A DNA stretch of 64,000 nt. It comes from Eledone cirrhosa. Taxonomy: Eukaryota. Position numbers and translations under genes: made by a program. Positions within the stretch are counted from its first letter, which is position 1. Every line of letters begins with the position of its first letter. The notes under the pieces were generated by a model. The model saw nothing but the letters and a program-made list of their open reading frames with translations. It did no database searches and was not told where the DNA came from. The DNA is taken from assembly GCA_964016885.1 (NCBI GenBank), contig OZ024751.1:4960001-5024000 (forward strand). Direction: 5' to 3'. Positions 55,188 to 64,000 of this stretch are shown here, piece by piece.

Positions 55188-57354
55188 AGTAATAATAATA
55201 AATTTGATGACTAAAATCCAAAGAGGGCTCGCTTCAATGCCCGTAAGTCGGTGATTAATTTCGACGACTCTATTTGGATTAAAAAATCCAATAGTACCCC
55301 CATTCGACGTGAGTATGGGCGCCAGCGATTCTGCGGAGGTTACTGATCTTATCGGCCTTTTTCTTCTTTTCTATATCAAGGACGAATTCCCCAACGCGGG
55401 CGGTGGTTTGTACCGTGATGATGGTCTTTTGACGATGACTAAGTGCGGACCTCGTGCTTGCGACAGGTTCAGAAAAGAACTCACAGCCTTCTTTAAAGGC
55501 TTCAACCTCTCTATACAGGTTGAGGCCAATCTCTCGGTCGTTAATTACCTCGACGTTACCCTCAATTTATCGAATGGGTTGTATTACCCGTATAGAAAGC
55601 CGAATGATACGCCTAATTACATAAGTAAGCATTCCAACCATCCTGCCAGCATAACCAAGAACCTGGTAAGAAACGTTTCGTTGAGGCTTTCCCGTCTATC
55701 TACTAACGAGCATATTTTCAACGACCATTCCACTTATTACAATGAAGCTCTTGCTCGGAGTGGATTTGTCGATAAGGTAGCATATACAGAGTACGAAAAT
55801 AGACTTAGAAGAAATAGATCCCGTCGCATTTGTTGGTATAACCCACCATATAATATGGAGGTGGCCACACCATTAGCTAGATCTTTCTTTCCCTTATTAC
55901 GAAGCATTTTCCCCCTACACATAAATATAGTAAAATTTTTAATAGAAATACTATTAAAATTTCTTACTCTACGACTTCTAACCTTGCACATAACATCACA
56001 GCTTCAAATTTAGCTAAACTACCTAGCCGTAGGAACACGTGCAACCCTGTAGTTAGTACTAACTGTAATTGTAGGAATCGGGTTGATTGCCTCCTATCCG
56101 GGAAATGCCTCTCTAGTAACATTGTCTACAAATGTAAGGTTGAAAAACCCACGTCCCGTAGGGCCTACATAGGGTTAACCGCCAATAGATTCAAGCAGCG
56201 TCTTTACATGCATACCCATTCTTTTCGTTACCCTCTAAGAAGGAATATGACTTCACTTTCAGCTTATATCTGGAGTCTAAAAGACAACCACACCCAATAT
56301 TACACTGGGAGATCCTAGCTAGGGCTAGATCGTATAACGGAAATAAAAGACCATGTGACCTCTGTGCCACCGAGGCCCTGGAAATACTCTACGCCACAGA
56401 CCACATCTTAAACAAAAAATCTGAAGCAATTTCGGCTTATAAACATAAATTGTACAAAACTTTCCTGTATTACAGCCCCACGTTATACCCTAACGGATAG
56501 TACGATCTATACGTGGATATTTTACGTCTTGATGTGGTAGCTAAGTATATGTTTTGTTGATACCATTACTTATTTGCATAGGTAAGTATATATTACCTGT
56601 ATGTTTTGTAAAGGTACGTATACTTTCTCGTACGTATATTTGATTGTATATGTTATGGCGTATAATTTTATATATTCTGGTACATATGGTTTGGTTATGT
56701 GTATACGGGAGTTGTGCGAGTTGCAGGTTCGTACGTATGTAGGGTGAGTGTATATGTGTACTTCATGTTTTGGTTGACTTACGTCTCCGAACATTTGTGT
56801 ATTTACATGTAGGTATGTGTGTGCGCTTGTTATATACGTATTTATTTATTTATATACGTTTATTTAATTATTTATTTATTTGTATACACGCACACACACA
56901 CACACACACATATTTATATGTGCGTGGTTTTATATACCTATGGTAAGTGTTTTCGCGTATGCTTGTGTATGTACGTATTTGTATGCGTGTATGTATTTAT
57001 TTAATTTCTATTACCTTTGTATTGTATTTATTTACTTTATTCTTAACTCTGAAGCGGAGATTCATTCGGTCTCCTAGTTAGAATTTTAGTCTACGACTTC
57101 TGCTATACCATTTACGTGGTTTTGTCTTTGCGTGCAATTGTTCTCCACGCTCCACATATGACATATTATATTCGTTTTTTCCCGTTCTTTGCCAGGGAAC
57201 GTTTCCAGGAACCAAAGTATCGTCTTCCTGTCTTCCTCCGGTTGCAACGGTTTTTGAAATATCCACTTCTGCGTTTACAGATTGACTTTGTTAGTTTCAG
57301 AAGATCCCGATAAGGGTGAAAGCAGCGATTCTTTGCTTAAACTTTAATCTGTTA

Positions 57355-57360
<6 letters not shown>
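55188..57360 (+). mobile_element. 5'-truncated family C PLE: inverted terminal stub 55188-55231, frameshifted RT/EN 55232-56500, U4A HHR 57293-57343
   Basis: [55 protein letters not shown]; AGTTT CAGAAGA tCCC..GGGt GAAA GCAG..TTGC TT^ AAACT. Confidence 0.92.
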
Positions 57361-57397
<37 letters not shown>

Positions 57398-57464
57398 AAG
57401 GTTTAGCAAATAATGAAAGAGTTTCAAAATAAATTTTAAAAAATTGACTTTACCTACTATAGTT

Positions 57465-57547
57465 ACCTTTACCGATCGGTTTCGAATCCCAAAAATAAAC
57501 GTAGACCATACGGTCTTCGTTGCAAAGAAAGATTCTCGTCAGAAGGT
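57465..57547 (-). ncRNA. Type I HHR in pLTR fragment 57395-57838
   Basis: ACCTT CTGACGA GAATC..GATTC GAAA CCGATCGG TA^ AAGGT. Confidence 0.88.
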
Positions 57548-57833
57548 TCTTTTCATTCGAAGAATATAAAATTCCTGAATTTAAATTACGAACTAGCGCT
57601 ATCAAAACTGTTCCTGGGATGAGAGTGGATGATGTAGAAACAGGTTTATCAAGGGCCGAAGTAAAGATAGAGGCAGAAGGAGGTAGGTCAAACTAGCCGC
57701 AGCTATCACTAGCAGCAGTCAGAGCGACCAAATTTGTTCTCAACTTAGAGGAGATAGTAGTAATAAGATGTGTTCCTTCACGCACAAGGCGCTAAGGTAC
57801 GCATGTATTGTCCAACCAAATGCCAGTGTGGTT

Positions 57834-57874
<41 letters not shown>

Positions 57875-57880
<6 letters not shown>

Positions 57881-58340
57881 CAAAATGTTAATAAATGAAA
57901 AATATTCTCATAATCAAAATATATATTTTATTATACATATTTCAAAGGTACAATGGTGTTTAAGTACGTTTTCATCAGACAAAATATAATATTTGATATG
58001 TGACATACCTCTGCGGTCTTGATTATTCAATTCCAGTATTGGCAGTGATTTATTTCATCAAATTTCAACGTCTTTTATGAACTAAATCACTGCCAATACT
58101 GGAATTGAATAATCAAGACCGCAGAGGTATGTCACATATCAAATATTATATTTTGTCTGATGAAAACGTACTTAAACACCACAGTACCTTTGAAATATGT
58201 ATAATAAAATATATATTTTAATTATGAGAATATTTTTCATTTATTAACATTTTGAATAATATTAAAAACTCCAGGAAAATCCTTTGTTGAGCGCTTCTAA
58301 TCTATTGTAATTTTGTATTCGCTGAGTAATCAACGAACCA
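57875..58340. mobile_element. Fold-back of a group A pLTR with two divergent HHRs (57923-57986 minus, 58148-58211 plus)
   Basis: Arms ~57877-58052 and 58083-58258; ATATTTTGT CTGATGA AAAcGTAC..GTACcTTT GAAA TATGTA TA^ ATAAAATAT. Confidence 0.9.
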
Positions 58341-58356
58341 TATTAATCTTTGGTCG

Positions 58357-58418
<62 letters not shown>

Positions 58419-58658
58419 TATATATATATATATATATACATATATATACATACATATTATATATACATATATATATATATATATATACACATATTACATA
58501 TATATACATATTATATATATACATATATATACATATTATATATATACATATATATACATATTATATATATACATATTATATATATACATATATATACATA
58601 TTATATATATATATATATATACATATATATACATATTATATATATATATATATAAGTA

Positions 58659-60925
58659 TCTCACGATACTTAAATATTCTATATGTATATATATATAAGT
58701 ATATATATATCTCTCTCTCTCTATATATATAGATATATATACTTATATATATATACATATAGAATATTTAAGTATCGTGAGAGGGAAGAAGAGGAGGTTT
58801 AAAGGGATAAGCGATACATATAGTTAGTTGCCAAAAGGTTGTGCATTTGTGCTCAATACTTGTGCCTACAGGGTTAAATATTGGAAGCGTTAATATTTAT
58901 CGGACAAGAAGATAAGCAGAGCGGTTACAAATGAAAGGATTACAAAGGAGAATATATACTGTCAGAACTTGTGCATATAAAAACACCTACGTACGTTTCG
59001 TCTGAAAAGGGCTTCTCAAGGGCATAGAAAACTACAGAGTGTTCAGTATAGGACCCAGAAGGGGTTTTAAAGTGATACATACATCAAAGTTCATTCTTAG
59101 TTCAAACATACACGTTGTTATTGACACAGAGCAAGGGGAATAACTCTGGCCGGTGTTTGAATAATTGTCCCCAAAGGGCTTATCACCCGTTCACATGATG
59201 GTGGTTTTCCATTACTAATTTGTGGGTGTTACTTTACTATTGTCAATTCAGGCAGGGTCTGAGATGTATAGTTGGTGTACAGATGTTTACTTGCGCAGCC
59301 TACCCACCGGAGCATTATGATTTGGTGCAGGGGGACTCAGTTTATGGTTTTCAGGTCTCTGTCACTTCCCACCCGAAGAAAGACTGCTGTATCCTATGTC
59401 TGCAGTTTATCACCGATTCTGCTCTGCTGTTGATTAGCTCGAGGGGTGCTCTTATGATATGGTAAAGTTCCATGAGGCAGAGCTCGCATTTCCTCTTGGA
59501 ATTGTATGGTACTGCCCTGCTGACAATTTCCAGTGTGTGGAGAAGCTAATGTTGGAGTCTTTTAATGTTGTGATGTAATTGGCGAGTGAGGTGGAGTGTC
59601 TTAATTTCTTGTTTCTAAAAGAGTGGAAATGTGTTCGAAATCTAGTTTTGAACAGGCCAGAAGTGGCCCCTACATAATGTTTTTACGCTATTATAGCTAG
59701 TTATGGTGCACCTATAAATAACATTATCTGTTAGGCAACTTCCCCTAAGCGGGCACCTTCCCCGGTCCCGACAGCTGCATTTTCAGTCGCGGTCGCTCCT
59801 GGTGCCCGAAGTCAAGCTATTACTATTGCTACCCATGTTATTATCCACGCCACCGCCTCTATCTCTGTAGTTAGTACTATTATATCCTATGGCGTGCGGG
59901 GCAGTACCATTATTGCTTCGCACGCCGCAGCGTCTTCTGTTGCTGCCGTGTGACCCGTACAAGTCACCAGCATGTTCCCCAGCTTCGCCACAGTTATGTC
60001 GGTTGCTTCTGTTGGGCTGCAGCCAACACTATTGGGCGCTGCAAGGGAACCATTAAGTCTATTAGGGTTGCTGTCAAGTCTAGACGTATCAGTGCTAAGG
60101 TGCCGTGTTTTGGTGATCTTACTATAATTAGTAATCCCTATAATGTCTGCTAGATTAGGTGTAGTGGAGAAGGATATTTTAATATTGTTCTTATTGAGGA
60201 TATTCCTGTACTTATGGTTGGGTGGGAAATTCTTCTCTAATGCTTCGAAGAATATCCTGGGTAAGTCGGAGGCCACACTCCAGGAGTAGGGGGGATGGAA
60301 CCAAAGGACATTATGGTGGCGGATACGTGTAGCTGTGGGCTTGCTACAGGTCGTGTTGGCTAGGTAACCGTTATTATTGTTTCTACTGTGCTGCAGCCTA
60401 TTACGCGTCCCCTTCGCTTTATGCTCGAGTGCACTCTCCTTCCTTCCGTTATGTTTACGTCTAGCTAAACGCTGGTTAGAGGGTGTAGGTAATAGGCCAT
60501 CGCTATTGTTAATCTTATAGGTAGGGAATACTTCTAGTAGGCTACCGTTACCTGTATCATGACCCTTATCATGCGGTACGTCTTCTACACCACCACACAT
60601 GTAGTTAACGGTACGGCTGTGTTTCTTAGTGCGATTCTCTATACTGAAGTTATTGCCTCTGTCATGGCCGCTGCGTAATCGGTTATAGGTATGGCTTACT
60701 ATAACATTAGTCCTATGATGGGGGTGGTTTCTAGAGTTAGCGTTAAGGAGGTATGGGATTCTTCGGTTATATCCGGCATCTACCAAGGCTTTATTGTAGT
60801 AGTCAGCCACTTGGTTGAAGATATCCTCGTTGGTAGAAAGCCTCGAGATCTTATGGGATATGCTATATACTATGGAGTTGAGAGTAGACTTAGGGTGGTT
60901 GGATGCATAATTAATATATGTGAGA
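58659..60925 (-). mobile_element. 5'-truncated Hydra-like PLE (ORF remnant ~59430-60920), degenerate U3-A8 HHR 58983-59025, terminal fold-back 58659-58782
   Basis: SNHP, WFHPPYS..FP.NHKY..I.N.N.IKISFSTTPNL, YVGATS..FK.RF, KCELC; TTGAGAA..GAAA CGTACG TA. Confidence 0.85.
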
Positions 60926-60952
60926 AAAACCACAGACCCTCCATCTCAACTC

Positions 60953-60989
60953 TACTTTTGAAAAGCAGAACTGCGAAATCGGTAAAGGA
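60953..60989 (+). ncRNA. Minimal U3-A8 HHR in pLTR stub 60925-61127
   Basis: taCTT TTGAAAA GCA-GAAC-TGC GAAA TCGG TA^ AAGga. Confidence 0.65.
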
Positions 60990-61120
60990 ACCAAATAAAT
61001 ATATATATTTAAAAACAAATAAGACTCCAGTTGCATTTTCGATTTCATCTTTTTTTCTTTATAATTTCACTCGTGTAGGACACCTCGGTTATTTTTCATT
61101 TTGTAAAAAAAAAACCTCAC

Positions 61121-61193
<73 letters not shown>

Positions 61194-61402
61194 TATGCAT
61201 GTATACGTACATACATATATGTATACAGACGTACAGTAGCATGCACATATATATATATATATATACATATGCATACAGGTACACATACTGTACGTCTGTA
61301 TACATATATGTATGTACGTATACATGCATACTTACATTTAAGTAAGTGCCATACTAAGAGTGAGAAATGAAATTTCGTTTTCATTTTGTTTCAATTTATA
61401 TA

Positions 61403-61456
<54 letters not shown>

Positions 61457-61461
<5 letters not shown>

Positions 61462-64000
61462 TAAGTCAAAGATGTACATCCATATATGTATACTGAAATA
61501 CTAGTATGTATATGAATACACACACGTATACATATGTAGATGTACCAAGTTTTTTTCACTGATCACTTTACTGTGAGTGGCCAGCTATTCTGTATGTAAA
61601 CACACAGACAAACCGGTTTTTAGAGTCATACTGGTTTTTGAGGAAACACCTTTCCTCTATTCTCCAGAAAGCCAGACAAGGAATATTGAACTAGTTTCGT
61701 TGTTGTTACAACTCATCAGCAATATTTACCTATCTTCCGGCCTCTCTAGAGAATCGTAAAAGCACATATCGCTATATGCTTTTTCTATGAAAATTAGTAG
61801 TGGGCAGACAACTTGCATAGAGTGTGAGTAAGTACCGGTTCAACGGAGACGATAAAAACAAATAACGAAACGAAATTAAATTTCGTTTCGTTTGTAACTC
61901 ACTTTTGTATGACTGACGCTCAAACAATTAAGTCAAAGATGTACATCCATATATGTATACTGAAATACTAGTATGTATATGAATACACACACGTATACAT
62001 ATGTAGATGTACCAAGTTTTTTTTTCACTGATCACTTTACTGTGAGTGGCCAGCTATTCTGTATGTAAACACACAGACAAACCGGTTTTTAGAGTCATAC
62101 TGGTTTTTGAGGAAACACCTTTCCTCTATTCTCCAGAAAGCCAGACAAGGAATATTGAACTAGTTTCGTTGTTGTTACAACTCATCAGCAATATTTACCT
62201 ATCTTCCGGCCTCTCTAGAGAATCGTAAAAGCACATATCGCTATATGCTTTTTCTATGAAAATTAGTAGTGGGCAGACCAACTTGCATAGAGTGTGAGTA
62301 AGTACCGGTTCAACGGAGACGATAAAAACAAATAACGAAACGAAATTAAATTTCGTTTCGTTTGTAACTCACTTTTGTATGACTGACGCTCAAACAATTA
62401 AGTCAAAGATGTACATCCATATATGTATACTGAAATACTAGTATGTATATGAATACACACACGTATACATATGTAGATGTACCAAGTTTTTTTTCACTGA
62501 TCACTTTACTGTGAGTGGCCAGCTATTCTGTATGTAAACACACAGACAAACCGGTTTTTAGAGTCATATTGGTTTTTGAGGAAACACCTTTCCTCTATTC
62601 TCCAGAAAGCCAGACAAGGAATATTGAACTAGTTTCGTTGTTGTTACAACTCATCAGCAATATTTACCTATCTTCCGGCCTCTCTAGAGAATCGTAAAAG
62701 CACATATCGCTATGCAAGTTGGTCTGCCCACTACTAATTTTCATAGAAAAAGCATATAGCGATATGTGCTTTTACGATTCTCTAGAGAGGCCGGAAGATA
62801 GGTAAATATTGCTGATGAGTTGTAACAACAACGAAACTAGTTCAATATTCCTTGTCTGGCTTTCTGGAGAATAGAGGAAAGGTGTTTCCTCAAAAACCAG
62901 TATGACTCTAAAAACCGGTTTGTCTGTGTGTTTACATACAGAATAGCTGGCCACTCACAGTAAAGTGATCAGTGAAAAAAAAACTTGGTACATCTACATA
63001 TGTATACGTGTGTGTATTCATATACATACTAGTATTTCAGTATACATATATGGATGTACATCTTTGACTTAATTGTTTGAGCGTCAGTCATACAAAAGTG
63101 AGTTACAAACGAAACGAAATTTAATTTCGTTTCGTTATTTGTTTTTATCGTCTCCGTTGAACCGGTACTTACTCACACTCTATGCAAGTTGGTCTGCCCA
63201 CTACTAATTTTCATAGAAAAAGCATATAGCGATATGTGCTTTTACGATTCTCTAGAGTGGCCGGAAGATAGGTAAATATTGCTGATGAGTTGTAACAACA
63301 ACGAAACTAGTTCAATATTCCTTGTCTGGCTTTCTGGAGAATAGAGGAAAGGTGTTTCCTCAAAAACCAGTATGACTCTAAAAACCGGTTTGTCTGTGTG
63401 TTTACATACAGAATAGCTGGCCACTCACAGTAAAGTGATCAGTGAAAAAAAAACTTGGTACATCTACATATGTATACGTGTGTGTATTCATATACATACT
63501 AGTATTTCAGTATACATATATGGATGTACATCTTTGACTTAATTGTTTGAGCGTCAGTCATACAAAAGTGAGTTACAAACGAAACGAAATTTAATTTCGT
63601 TTCGTTATTTGTTTTTATCGTCTCCGTTGAACCGGTACTTACTCACACTCTATGCAAGTTGGTCTGCCCACTACTAATTTTCATAGAAAAAGCATATAGC
63701 GATATGTGCTTTTACGATTCTCTAGAGAGGCCGGAAGATAGGTAAATATTGCTGATGAGTTGTAACAACAACGAAACTAGTTCAATATTCCTTGTCTGGC
63801 TTTCTGAAGAATAGAGGAAAGGTGTTTCCTCAAAAACCAGTATGACTCTAAAAACCGGTTTGTCTGTGTGTTTACATACAGAATAGCTGGCCACTCACAG
63901 TAAAGTGATCAGTGAAAAAAAACTTGGTACATCTACATATGTATACGTGTGTGTATTCATATACATACTAGTATTTCAGTATACATATATGGATGTACAT
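61457..64000. mobile_element. 469-470 bp retrozyme-like tandem array in head-to-head inversion (junction ~62712); six HHRs: 61682-61726, 62151-62195, 62620-62664 (minus) and 62805-62849, 63275-63319, 63745-63789 (plus)
   Basis: AATATTG CTGATGA GTTGT-AACA-ACAAC GAAA CTAG TT^ CAATATT in every unit; units nearly identical; runs off the window end. Confidence 0.95.

Noticed and set aside
61577-63894. Six near-identical 60-aa ORFs in the 470-bp array (and 75-aa ORFs in the 591-bp repeat)
   Set aside because: Non-ATG start and antisense to the ribozyme in the 470-bp array, not evidently conserved in sister families; identity merely reflects the repeat

Overview
Eukaryotic, very AT-rich repeat jungle. 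The SINE and RTE families look cephalopod (Octopus-like); this is inferred, not database-checked. Long interrupted (TA)n tracts hold nested, decayed Penelope-like retroelements (PLEs). Most are of the DKT/YRDD, C-terminal GIY-YIG type resembling the Hydra clade; one is a Penelope/Poseidon-type ORF. RTE-clade LINEs and tRNA-derived SINEs are also present. The main signal is invisible in the ORF track: about 40 type-I hammerhead ribozyme (HHR) motifs read by eye on both strands. They occur in PLE pseudo-LTRs and in non-coding tandem repeats of ~467, ~470, ~487 and 591 bp with one HHR per unit (retrozyme-like). Three of these repeat families are homologous and show compensatory stem changes. Non-canonical cores recur (U3-A8 swap, U4C, U4A). 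Most insertions are head-to-head fold-backs, and one junction falls exactly at a predicted cleavage site. A TA-poor island (~42.8-49.8 kb) carries two spliced exons encoding an MIT-domain segment resembling ULK3. All Y/I/M/H-repeat ORFs are microsatellite artefacts. Ribozyme activity, family names and host identity are untested predictions.
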